From NCBI GenBank assembly GCA_030704615.1, contig CM060734.1, positions 40,734,001-40,798,000 on the forward strand: DNA of 64,000 nt, written 5' to 3'. Of this stretch, positions 51,961 through 64,000 are shown in pieces. Below the pieces are notes generated by a model that was not told the origin of the DNA, did no database searches, and was given only the letters and a program-made list of their open reading frames with translations. Both the position numbers and the translations under genes were made by a program. The DNA is from Takakia lepidozioides. Its lineage: Eukaryota; Plantae; Bryophyta. Every line of letters starts with the position of its first letter. Position 1 is the first letter of the stretch.

Positions 51961-54018
51961 CTCCGCACTAATTTGTTTCTCACAACTCACTTCCAAGTGC
52001 AGCGGCACATGATTGTCGATTCCTAATGAATTCCTCTTGCTCTTTAGGCTATGGCCATAGAAAATCCCAACACTTGAGAATGCTGGGTTCTTGTATGAAA
52101 GATCCTTTGGACAACCAAATGGATTGTGTTTATTGAAGAGCAATGTGTCCATCTGTGACACCTTAACATGTTAAGGTCAGTGCGGCTTCAAATCACTGGG
52201 AAAAAATTAGTGTAATCTACGAATGCTTCGTATTTGGGGAGGAATTAAATGACTAGCCCCAATGGATCTAGGTAAGACTTGTACATATTCTTTACTCTGC
52301 CGATTAGAAGAGTATTTGACTTGTTCGCTGTGGGTTTGGCTCTGCCCCTTGCTGCTCCCGACAACGTCAAGCATATAATAAGTTGGAATCTTTGCATTTA
52401 ACCGCATTTATCTTGAAGAATCTGCTCAGAAATAATTCTAGACGAGGTCAGCGCTAGAATTAGATGATAGACTTTAGAATAAGTTGCATGGAAAGGCCGC
52501 AGATGCCTACATTTACTAGTTACGGAGTAAAACCTCCAATGTTGCAGCAGACTGTTGCATTGAGGGTGGGATATGAGCTCCACACGGTCCATACACCAAT
52601 TTAAAGATATGCATCCATTTTTATTTGAAACAATGACCTGAGACAACAAAGAATGGAGATAGTGAACTGTCTAGCATACGATACATGTACATTGTCTGTC
52701 ACACAGTGGATTGCTATCGCAACACTAGTTACGCCTTCGTAGTAAACTTAGACTTCAAATACTGCACTGCCTTCTGATCCACACTGAATGCTTTCTCCAG
52801 CACAGCGTCGCTGATGTCAGAACCAAACAAAGCAGCGGGGATGGGTTGCACCCCCGGATTCTGGCTGTTGAGTGCTGCGATAGCCAAAGCTGGCCCGTTG
52901 CCCACGTTGAGCTCGAAGTGCACAAGACCTCGTGGGAACACAAAAACATCACCCTTCTGCAGGGTGGTAGCAAAGAGCTTGTTCTTGGTGTCCACAAACC
53001 CCACATACAGAGATCCTTCCACGACAAATAGCATCTCTGTGGCCCGTGGGTGTGTGTGGGGTGTCACAAGGCCTCCTTGTGCAAAGTCTAGGCGCGCCAT
53101 GGCGATGCCCAAAGTGTTGAGGCCTGGAAACGCAGTCGCGAACGCTGGCGTCACAGCGCTACCTGATGAATCAGCCGTGTTTCCAGCCTTGGCCAAGCCG
53201 TGGAAGACGAAGTCGTTTGCTGTCACTGTTGTTGGGTTTTTGCATACCAGACCATTTACTGTGAGGGTGCTGGTCAGGTCCGCCACACAGAAATCCTGCA
53301 GTGGATCGCCGTCGGACGCGGTGACCACGACGGCTGTGAGAGCCAGAAAAGCTAGTACTACCAAAGTGGTAACTGTCGAGCTGCTTCTTCCCATTGTTCT
53401 GGATCAGTAAGCGATTACAAGCAGTGGCCGACTGTAAGCTGTTGTGACAGAGTAGTTGACAGAACTCAGGAAGGAGCTGGTTATGGTGCTGGCCAAGGAG
53501 TAAGGCGAGAGTGAGGGAGAAGATGAGAGTCGAAATAGAGAAATCCAGTGAGAGTGAGAGGGAAGTTGGTGTGGGTATATATACATGGGCCAACGGCACG
53601 GGCTACCCTAGCACCCACGGCCGGCGTCTTCTCTTGCGTCTTCTCTTCTCTTCTGGGCACATGAGCTGTTCGCCTAGCGGATGCACAGGGCTTTCTTGGG
53701 CAGCGAGACGCGTAGACACGTAGATAAGTGGAGTTTGGACCTGGACCCAGTCTGACGCGGTTGTGCGTCATAGTGGAGCTGCTACGGAGCCTCGAGGTGC
53801 CTTTCCTGCATCGGAAACAGACCCCACCACAACAGAAGGTGAACGCCAACGGCAAGTGCAGTTATCAAGAGGTGGTGATACTTCATGGCTGACTTCAACC
53901 CAAGGGATCTATGGGATATTCCACAAGGAATCAACAAGGATACCTCGACTGTCTTTTGCCTCTCCTAGAGTATAGAGAATCTGGAAGATCCACCACTGGA
54001 TTCATCAATTGTGTCCCT
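51961..54018 (-). repeat. Right arm of inverted duplication
   Basis: Reverse complement of 46357-48438. Confidence 0.9.
52729..53394 (-). CDS. Germin-like protein (cupin), intronless
   Basis: 221 aa, differing from 46985-47650 at only a few residues. Confidence 0.97.
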   Translation of the reverse strand: MGRSSSTVTTLVVLAFLALTAVVVTASDGDPLQDFCVADLTSTLTVNGLVCKNPTTVTANDFVFHGLAKAGNTADSSGSAVTPAFATAFPGLNTLGIAMARLDFAQGGLVTPHTHPRATEMLFVVEGSLYVGFVDTKNKLFATTLQKGDVFVFPRGLVHFELNVGNGPALAIAALNSQNPGVQPIPAALFGSDISDAVLEKAFSVDQKAVQYLKSKFTTKA

Positions 54019-55119
54019 CAAATTGTCGGTGCATGTATAATTTTACACAATATATGTAGCATCCATGGAGACAAATTCAACGATGAATGATTGGCAGAGG
54101 CTACTGCAAAAGTCGGGCAAAGATCATGATTCTATGCAAAGTCCCATACGTAGACATTCATATGCAGAAAGACATGTCATACCTGGTAATTCACTCTCTA
54201 ATCTACGTGGAGCCAAAGACAACTCAAGGGAGGAGCTTGAGCTCATGAAAGAATAAGCGGTGAAAAAATATGAAGTTGTCATGCAATCTGGAGGAAAAAA
54301 ATGCAAATGAGTTATTAGCTAGAAGAAATAGCATAGCCGAATCGTTGTGGAATTCAAAGAAGATGACATTGGTTGATGAGACATTCCTTCACAATTAGGC
54401 CCCAAATAGTAGCGAATGAGCCATAATAGCAATTGACCTATATTTTGTCAACTAGCTTCTTCATTGTCCGTGTAGCTGTTGTGCTATCACAACAACTCGC
54501 TCATCTCGTAGCTTGCGCACCTACAGCTTTGTAAAACCCAAACTAACTATAAAACTAGTTTGACCCCGAGTTGTGGTGATGAAACTATCACCCACCCTGA
54601 ACTCACTCCCTCACTCATTGGATACTTTGTGTTTCATCCCATGTTTTTTTCCTTTGTATTAGACTAAACATTCAATCATGAGGCTCCTACTTCCAGATGC
54701 AAATTGAATAAATGTTGGAGAACGTTCTATCTCTATATTTCCGAAAGTATATAGAGAAGGGTCGTTACCCACTGCACATGGTTCCACATCATTGTCAATA
54801 TGGAAAGTTCCATATGCTTCTTCGTGCTCGTCAAATTCAGACTCCCATTCTCTCTCTATCCCATTCGAGTTCTTGATTTGACACAAGATGTCATACTTTG
54901 CTGTGGTAGTAGTTCCCTGAGTGTGGCCTATGAGGGTTTTCTTGACTAGAATATTCTGGTGGGTATGGCAGCGGCCCTGTTGTTCTTAAATTGCATCACA
55001 CATAAATTTTCTGCATCATAAACATTTACCATGCCATCGCATCCCTGGGACGGTAGAGTGGAGGGCACAGAAAGCTTGCTCGAGTTTGCAATTCCCACTA
55101 AGGCAATTCACTTCTGCAG

Positions 55120-55448
55120 ATTGTAGGAGCGTCCGTGGCAGTGGTGTTGTTTGCATTAATGCGACAAGCGCGCGCATGGGAATTGGACGTCCCGCTACCA
55201 TCTATTTTGGCCTACATTGAAGCCAATCTGCAACTACCCCTCCCCTTCTTTGTCTTGGCTGCGGGGCCTCTGCTGGTCTACTTCTCGATCGCAATTTTTG
55301 GAACAGAAACGCCCCCACGATTGATCGGTTTTATGGGAGTTTCAATATTTTGCTACATGTTTGCAAATGGAATTGTGGCTTTCTTGGTGGTTATAAGCAG
55401 TGCCGTTTTCTACACTGCAGCCTTTTTTCATGTGTTTTTAAAAATGAG
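55120..55448 (+). other. Exon resembling the C-terminal membrane region of plant GPI inositol-deacylase (PGAP1-like)
   Basis: ctgcAG|IVGASVAVVLFALMRQARAWELDVPLPSILAYIEANLQLPLPF..CYMFANG..VFYTAAFFHVFLKMR|GTatg. Recognised from memory of the family; no intact neighbouring exons seen. Confidence 0.65.
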
Positions 55449-55729
55449 GTATGTAATCACAGCTTACTCCAGCCACCAAGAGCTAATTAGAGATAAATCT
55501 GATACAAAATGTCTTTGTGGATGCAATGGATTTCTTGGGCTATATACTTCATGTAGCTATATGTTTTTGTGCTTGTCAATCCGTGATGGAAGTTTGAGCT
55601 TTGTGCATTATGGACCAATCCACAAACATATTCAAACTTCGACAATGGTGGATAATCATTCCCCATGACAAAAGGAAGTGTGGGATTGGTCTGTCAAGCG
55701 GCTTTTACTCACCCATCCCTTCGTTATCC

Positions 55730-58700
55730 GCGAGCCCGAGCCCTGTTAGTGGTTGGTGGAGATGAGTGTCGACTAGCTGGAACTTCCAACCCTGCATTAG
55801 TTTGAGAAAGAGGTAAATGTTGTGGTATAGGAGATCCCCGTTGTCTTTTGTCCGCCATTGCTAATTCATACTCCTCAGCCATGTCAAAATTGCCCTCCAC
55901 TGAACCAGTAGTATCAAAATCATCTTCACCCCTGCAGCCTTTAGGTGGTATGATCTTCTTGGGCGTCTCAGGAATCCTGCGTGGCATACAGTGTTGGCCC
56001 ACCATGTCTGGAAGCTTAAACTATACTACTTGCATCAATCACTTGCAAGCAAAATGAGTGTACTCCTTGAATTCATTGTCCGTATAGGTAAGAGGTGTGC
56101 CAATGACTTTGGAACAGTGTAAGTATTTCCAGGCTTCATGTCCCTTATAAAAACATATCGTCAGGGCCCAATTTTTCTTTGGCCAAGCCAAATTAAACCA
56201 TGAACGAAGTTGGGAATCCTTCTGCAACATGACTTTCACATCATACAGATACATATGGGGTGAAACTGAAGGTAAGACCCAATGATCCCCAGTGGAATAG
56301 CTTAGAAATCTTGACTGCATCTTCTGCTGCTCAATGTGATAACGTGCAATGAAACAAACAGCATAGTATAATCCACAGCCCATGACCAAACTAGATACCT
56401 CCTTGGTCTTGGTATAGATGTACCCATGAACAACCTGGAAGGCAATTAATTCCTTCAACATGGTGCCTGCCTCAAACCAGTACCTTGTAAAATGATGATC
56501 CTCAATAGGTCGATTGTTCGGAAGAACCTTAGTCTGAGTCGCCAGTGGCAACAAATGCGCATGATCTGGTAATAATGTGCTAAAGACTGTGGAGAACTGA
56601 ATTCATTCCAAGCCAAATCCATCACAATGGGAATTTGGTTGAAGGGCATAATCATAGCCCGATTATACTCAAGTGCAGCAGGAGTCTTAGGTGGGTTAAA
56701 AGAAGCATCCCCCCAAACCTCAGATTGTTGCAATGCCATGGTATCAACAGTGTCGACCTGCTGTGGTTGCTATGATATTGGCGTCACTGTCCCTCCTGTT
56801 GTTGACAAATCCCGCACCTCCTGTGATGAAGATTGGAAAATCAAAGTCTTGGCCTACAGATAAGTAGCCATGAGCTGCTCCTCAGGAACAAATGCTCTCT
56901 TGTCAATGTTTGAGCTCAAGTCATCCACTTGAGTCTGCAGCCCTTCCACATCATCATGCAACTCAGCTATTCTACTATAGACATTGTCTATAGTGGTTGT
57001 GGCAATGTTCTGCACCTGCAGCCTGAGATCATTCATCTCCTCCTGAGTGAGCTTCCTTGGTGTCTTCTCTTCAACCGGGCCTTGCGTTAACCATACTTGC
57101 ATAAGATGATTATCCACCAAGTCTTGGGTAGCACCCCGGAGATCCTACTCCTCCTTGAGTCTATACCTATCCAACTGCTGTTGTAAGGCCTCCATGCACT
57201 TCGCATGAGGTTCAACCAGAGCGGCATAGGCAGCAGATAGATTATTGGCTTCCTTCCAAGCCTTGTTAGCCACAGAGAGTTCATTCTTTTGGCCCGTGAG
57301 TGTTTGCTGCAACTCCAGGATGTACTTTTCCTTCTCAGCCTCAATCCGATTGTATTGTTGGAAGATATCCTCATTGCGACAGATAGTAGCCTGCAAGTCC
57401 GCAATGAGTTTTGTTTGCTCCACTGTTTCAGCCTCCACCATCATACATCTCTCCGTTTGTTTGTTAACTTCCAATGTAGTGTTCTCCAAAGTAGTTGTTA
57501 GTGTGGCACATTGGATTGTTATTTTCTGATGAATTGCCTCCAACTCTGTATGAAGCACCTTCACTTCCTGCAATTTTCCCTCATGCGTCACCTGCAACTG
57601 GTATAGTTGTTGCTTATGTACTTCATGCAACTTCTCCTGCTCTTCAATCAGATTCCCCTTTGCTAGCTGCAAAACAGCCTTCGTGTCCTCCAACTCTTTC
57701 TACAATTTGAGGTTGGCCTCCACATCTACCTTGTTTGCACACTCAGTGGCAATTCTAGCCTCAAACTCCTGCTTAAGTTCCTCCCTCAAAGCTGCCAATT
57801 GCGTGGATGGAACATGGGATTTCACATAAGTGCCCAACAAATTGAGTGTCATGCTTATGGAACTCATAAGCATGGCCTGTTGTGGGTCTTCATGGGAAAC
57901 TTGTTGATGATCTCCCTGATTCTCCATAGTGTGATGTTTCACCAACCATTCAGACCATGTTCCCACAAGATTTTCTTTCTGAACGACCTCATTCTCCATA
58001 GGTGCTGCAGTGCCCTTACATTCTACCCCTGGAACCTCCTCCACAGGTTCGGGCATCACATGCACAATAGGGATTTCCTTGGTCAAACTCTGTATCTTTG
58101 GTATCACTGGTTCCCTGACCAAGCCAGATTTTTCATAGAGAAGGTCATCCTTCTCAATTTCTGCCACTACCTGCTCTATAGTGGAGATGTCTAATTCTTC
58201 TCCTTCCACAGCAATAGGCTCTGGTGTAACAGCATGTACTATCTGAGTTACCCCTGGAACAACCGAGTCAACTAGCTGTGGTGGCTGTGATACCGAGGCG
58301 ACTTCTTCCTCCCGCTCCAAAGGTCGTGCCTCTAGCAATAACAACCTCTCGTGCTGGTGTTCCTCATCCTGTACAAGAGCTATGTAAACATCATCTTGCG
58401 GTTTCCTTAGAGCTAGTGGATCTACCACTACACTTGTATCCCGCTTCTGTGCTGCTCTTCCAATCTCTCTTCACCTTGTGAAGAACCCTGCTCCTCAATT
58501 GTTGTAGTTGCTGTCTCAAACACTCCCATTTCCTTGCGTTCTCGCGCATCAAGCAAACAAGAATCAAGGATAATTTGCAAAATTACTGGGCCAGACACAA
58601 TGATCGGAGACTTGGCAGCAGTGCCTTGTAACCGCTTCATCTCTTCCACCAGACCATTGTACATTAACTCCGCCCAAGCCACATCCTCTCCCCTCAAGGC

Positions 58701-59170
58701 TTTCAGTATCTCCTCCATGAATGATCTGCTAAGGTATTGTTGGTTCTGTTTCATGGCAAACAGAACGTTCAGTATTTGGCCTACTTCCCTTAACCCTGGG
58801 TACTCAGCCTTGGTGCAGGTGTATCCCTGAGTCTTAAAGAAACTCGTTTCTTGGAACAAATTCCCAATTTACAATCTTGCCCTGTGCTCATATTCACATT
58901 GCCCGATGGCAATTCAAACAATTGCTGCAAATATTGGGGAGTAATTTCAACTCCCCTCACTTGTGTAACCCCTGTCTGAGGCTCAAAGTTCTGAATGAAT
59001 TGCAGCATGAACCCCCGATGATGTAAGGACCATTCCTTGCGTAGCAGCCCTTCCAATCGCAACTCCTTCAGCAGCTGTACTGCCTGTGGTGTAGTAATTG
59101 TCTGCTTCTGCAAAATCGTGGTGCTTTTCACCCTGATATCCTCCATTCCCCTAATTCTCTTCATCTTAGA
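55730..59170 (-). pseudogene. Additional ~1100-codon ORF downstream of integrase (coiled-coil-rich), broken by stops and frameshifts
   Basis: Abutting ORFs 58790-59506, 58428-58859, 57700-58428, 57145-57693, 56854-57120, 56455-56739 and 56039-56554 on the pol strand. Confidence 0.7.
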
Positions 59171-62100
59171 CAAACAAGAAGGCCTTGTTTGGAATAGCTG
59201 TAGGAAAGCTTGCAAGGTGTAGAGCATGAAAGTATGGTTGGCACAGAAAGAAACGGGTAAGTGAGTGTAAGCCTGTGGGGCTTGCAAGTAATGAGTGAGA
59301 GAGAATGTACTCTCAACCCGTCCGTCCTTGCGCCACTGCGTAAGAAGTAAAGCGAGTGTATAATCTGTGATATCCGCCATAGCTACAAAGCTATAGCTTT
59401 GATTGCCCCTCCCGTCGAGACGCTGGCTATTTGGAGCAACCCCGACTCTTCCGCTCATAACTTTTCTAATTTCTTGTTCTTGTTTCTTGGAGGGAACCAC
59501 CTGCATGAAATTCTCGTTTCTGATTGGCTGTTGCCTCCTCGGGTAACTTCTAAACTCTACCCCATCTGCTCACATTCCCACCTGGAATGCCCACTAGGAC
59601 AGCACATGTGACAAAGGTCCCTCTTTGCCGGACGCATGAAGGGTTCCGTTACCTGTCCCTTTGATGCATTAATGGGTCCGTAATTAGTTTCAGCTGAGGT
59701 ACCGGGTAGGTACTTTGACGGCCCTGTTTGTCTTCTTGCATGATGGCACACGCTATGCGGAGCGCTTTGCATTTTAGGCCACGTGTTTGAACTCAAACAC
59801 TCTCCTGTCTCCCTCTGTCTGCGTGGCTTTTCCTCCGAGTTTGACTCCCAAGCTGACCTTTCACTTACCGGTCACTTTTCTGACGTTAACCCGCGTCCAC
59901 TTGTCACTGATCTTATGGACTGTGCAACCTGCGTGGGCTGTGTTGGGCTATGACATGTTGTGTCAAACTGTGACGTGCTGTGATAGGCTGTGTCATACTG
60001 TGGTAGGCTGTGATAACTATGTGAACACTTGTGTTCTCCGCCCTGGTCATATACTCGGCTTTAGGACAAGTGCTCCATGCTTCGTTGGTTTTACCGGTGT
60101 AATCTGTGACTGCATCTGTGTTTCAAGATGTAAATCATGTTGTAATGGTTTATCATGGATACCACTGTATCCCTTCAGCTTATTGGCATTGACTCTTCCA
60201 AGCATCTCCTTGTTAATGGTTTGTAACATAGCTGTATTATTATTATACATCTTCTATATGACATAAGGTCCTTTCCATGGTGATTTAAGCTTAGAAGCTT
60301 TAATCTTCCCCTTCTTCTGCAACCATAGTACCAAATCTCCCGTCTTAAAAGTCTTTAATTTACCCTCATCAAAACTGATCCTTCCTCTTCATCTGAATTC
60401 TGGTAATGTTATGTGCTGCATCAGCACGTACCTCTTCCACATGGTATAATTCATGTTTCCTGACTTTAATTGAATCCTCCAATTCCATCCTTCTTCCCCA
60501 TTCTGTTCTCATAGTAGGTAGTAAGAATTCAACTGGAAGTAAAGCTTCCATATCATAAACTAATTGGAATGGTGTATACTTGGTAGTGACTTTATATGAA
60601 GTTCTGTATGACCACAAAGCTGTCAGTAGCTTTGTATCCCAATCTGTTCTATTTGCATTGACTATCTTAGCCAGGATAGTAGATAGTATTTTGTTTGTGG
60701 CCTCTGCCTGTCCATTACCCTATGGGTAATAGGTTGTACTCTTCATGTGCACAATCATGAACTCTTTAGTCTATAGTTCTATAGTTTCGTTAATGAAGTG
60801 ACTTCCCTGATCACTGATAAATTCCAGGGGACAGCCAAATCTTGTGAGTATGTTCTCATAAAGGAACCTTGTTGTGGACTTAGCTGTATTGTCACTCAGA
60901 GCCTTAGCTTCCACCCACTTTGTAGTATAATCAGTGGTTGTGATTATATACTTGTTCTGTGTATTTCTGGCTGGTGGGTTTATTGGTCCAACAAAGTCTA
61001 GTCCCCATTTCTGAAATGGTTCAGTAGGCATCGTAGGATGCAAAGCCATCTTCCCTGATCTTTGCAAAGGTCCTAGCCTCTGACACTCATCACAACTCTT
61101 GCAATACATGTGTACATCTTTGAACAAAGTAGGCCACTAGTAACCTACAAGTAGTATTTTTCTACTGGTAGTCTCCTCTCCAAAATGACCTCTAGCCACT
61201 CCTTTATGAACTTCCTCCAAAACCTTATTTACTTCATGGTGGTACAAGCATCGTTTCAAAACTCCATCAGGTCCTAGCTTATACAATCTTCCACCTATCA
61301 TAGTGTAAGTAAAGCCTTGATAGCTATTCTCTTCCTCTGTTCCTTCCCATAATTGGGTGGGCACTGACCATGAGTAAGGTAATATCTGATCGGCCACTGC
61401 CAATCTAACCAATCATCTGCACTTCCTTGCACCTTCACTGCAAACAGACTCGCATCAGGTAATTGGTCGTCTACTCCCGTGGCGGGCTCTCTTGTCGATA
61501 GGCGTGACAAGTGATCTACCACAAGATGCGACCAGCCAGGCTTGTAAACAACTTCAAATTCAAACTCATGCAAGATTATTAACTATCTCGCTATCCTGCC
61601 ACTTATCAAAGGCTTGTTCACCAGATAAATCAAGGCCTGATGATCAAACATGAACTTCCTTCCCAATAGGTAATGCTTGAATTTCTTGACTACATAAATC
61701 ATTGTCAATGCTTCTCTTTCAGTTGTGCTATAGTTCCTTTCAGCACTGTTCAACAACCTGCTAGCATAGTACACAGGTGAATCTATGTTTCTTGTGACAT
61801 TTTGGGCTAACACCGCTCCCAATGCTTCTCCTGAGGCATCACAATGTACATGAAATACTACATGTCAATGTGGGTTAATTAGCACAGGTGTAGTTGTTAC
61901 TAACAATGTAAGTTCCTCAAATGCCCATTGACATTCAGCCATCCATGCAAACACTGCATCCTTCTTCAAAAGCTTGCTCAATGGTGCTACTATCTGTGCA
62001 TACCGTCTAATAAACCGTCTGTAGTAGTTGGTTTGTCCAAGGAATCTCCTTAGACTCTTAACGTTATTTGGTGGTGGTGAGGCTTTAATAGCCTCTATCT

Positions 62101-63839
62101 TTCTAGGATCCACAAGCAATCCCTTCTTACACACAATGTGTCCCAGAAGTACCCCTGAGTTCACACAGAAAGTACACTTTTCTGGATTCAGACCCAGACC
62201 TTTCATCCTGCATCTGGCCAAACATAATCCCAACTTCCGCAAGTGCTCATTCTTAGAGTTGTACACACTGAAGTTATCTAAGAACACTTGCATGAAATCA
62301 TCCAGATACTCATAGAAGAATTCACTTATCACTATCTGAAAAGTTGCTGATGCATTACAAAGTCCAAAAGGCATGACTTTGTATGCATAAGCACCCCAGT
62401 CTGTGATAAAAGCTGTTTTTCCTTGTACTTGGTTATACCCACTGAAACCATCCATGAATGAGTACATCTCATGGCCTGCCGCAGTGTCCAGTACAGCTTC
62501 TATGAAAGGCAAATGAAATGGATCTTTCTTTGTACAAGCATTCAACTTCTTATAGTTCACACAAACTCTCAATTTTCCATTCTTCTTGGGAACTATCACA
62601 ATGGGTGACAACCAAGTTGTATACTCTATCGGGTATATGAACTTAGCCTCAGCCAACTTCTTGATCTTCCCCAATCTTCTGTGCATAGTTGGGATTCATC
62701 TTGTACCTTGCCTGTTTGATTGGTACTGACCCTGGTTCCAGTTCAATCTTATGCTGACAGATCTCAGGTGGTATCCCTTTCAGATCCTCATAGCTCCAAG
62801 CAAATACATCTCTGTATTTGATGAACAGACTCTTGGCTTCCTCAAAGAATTCTGGCTCCAAGTCAGCCCCCACTTTCACCAATCTTGGTTCATCCTCCGT
62901 TCCCACATTCACTTCTCTCACCTGCTCTTCAGCTGTGATTGTCCATCCAGCCACTACTTCATCCTATAAACTCACAGTACCTGGTTCTTCTAGGATTTCC
63001 ATTTCTCCCTCTCTCTCTCTTCATAGAAATGTGGTGGGTAACTACTTGTTTCACCCTCAATTGGTGTTGCTGTTACTGCACCACAACAGATACCTTTAAA
63101 ACAACTTAGACCTCCCAGTTGCATTTCTGCAACCTGCTCCCACTCTGGGTGTGCAGCAAACAGGGTAGCATTCTGCTTCTCATCAAGTCATTCCCTCCAG
63201 TCATACTTGTCGCGCGGCTTTTACTCACCCATCCCTTCGCTATCCGAGGCGGAAACTCCAAGATAGAAGAGTTGGAAATCTCTAAGTACTCAGCCCGCTC
63301 AGAACAATCAGTCATGACCTACAGCTAGTGTATCATGGGGGTGTTTCCTATTTGTTTCCCTTTCCGCATTCATGTTAGCTACCTTACCATTGATAATTAA
63401 GTATCAGTTTGCTTCATCAATCTATCGGATTCCATCAACTCATCCATTCATTCCACAGCTTCACTCAGATCTCTATACACAGTGTGATTGTATCGTATAA
63501 GTATCAGATTATGATTTATCAGGTATCAGGCCGAAGCCATTGTGTCTCTAATCTGCTCTACAATATCACTACAGCTTTGCATATAACAAGCATCTACTAA
63601 TCATCTCTCCTCCTTCACCGTGCTCTCCATGCTTGCTTCCGTTCTTGCTCTCCGCCCGATCCCCTCTCATGCATGACCAAGAAGTGCCCCCCCGTGTAGT
63701 GCTGCTCCTCCTTTTATCTTCCTACCTGTGGCTCTAACCGTTTCCCTCACTAACCGTCGTCCGTGAACTAACATGTTCCATTTGCAGGTGTTGTTCCCCA
63801 CAGTCGTTCCCTGTCCTGCTCTCCATTCCCTATGGTCGT

Positions 63840-64000
63840 GACAGCTGTGTCAAGCTGTGACTGACTGTGTGAAACTGTGACGGGCTGTGACTGGCTGTGC
63901 GACTGTGTTTGGCTGTGTCGGGCTGTGACTGGCTGTGTGGCTGTGTCGGCTGTGACGGGCTGTGTTGGCTGTGTCGGGCTGTTACTGGTTGTGTGGTTGT
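63840..64000. repeat. Degenerate short tandem repeat (ggctgtg units)
   Basis: ctgtgactggctgtg and ggctgtgtc arrays; a similar array lies at 59930-60020. Confidence 0.75.

Larger units (their letters stand above)
55692..64000 (-). mobile_element. Degenerate non-chromovirus Ty3/Gypsy element with long extra 3' ORF
   Basis: RT (61865-62954: VVPKKNGKLRVCV-like motif, MDGFSGYNQ, MPFGLCNA, VFLDNF); RNase H (YYASRLL..EREAL); integrase (GHFG, CKSCDEC, WGLDFVGP, SDQGSHF). Terminal motif tgtc..gcggcttttactcacccatcccttcg at both 55692 and 63208. Confidence 0.88.

Noticed and set aside
46969-53410. Long antisense ORFs over GLP genes (46969-47574, 52814-53410) and similar shadow ORFs over pol
   Set aside because: Mirror frames of real coding sequence; no independent motifs.

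Overview
Eukaryotic, transposon-dense plant DNA. Intronless germin-like genes, a PLS-type PPR and GT-AG introns suggest a non-seed land plant such as a hornwort, fern or lycophyte; this is inference only. The backbone is a germin-like protein (GLP/cupin) cluster at 38-54 kb with 3 intact genes and 3 damaged copies. One copy's upstream region appears to be split by a ~37 kb nest of mobile DNA (0.9-38 kb). The nest holds: a truncated Copia element; a scrambled Ty3/Gypsy element whose polyprotein carries a C5 cytosine methyltransferase between protease and RT and a PHD finger after the integrase; a full-length chromovirus with LTRs, TSD and PBS inserted into that element; a large MULE with an Ulp1 protease gene and extra ORFs; a PPR pseudogene next to OSB-type PDF motifs; and CACTA and MITE ends. 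The right end holds a PGAP1-like exon and a second Gypsy element with a long extra 3' ORF. The standout is the DNMT+PHD retrotransposon. Undoing two internal inversions and removing the nested chromovirus rebuilds it as gag-PR-DNMT-RT-RH-IN-PHD.
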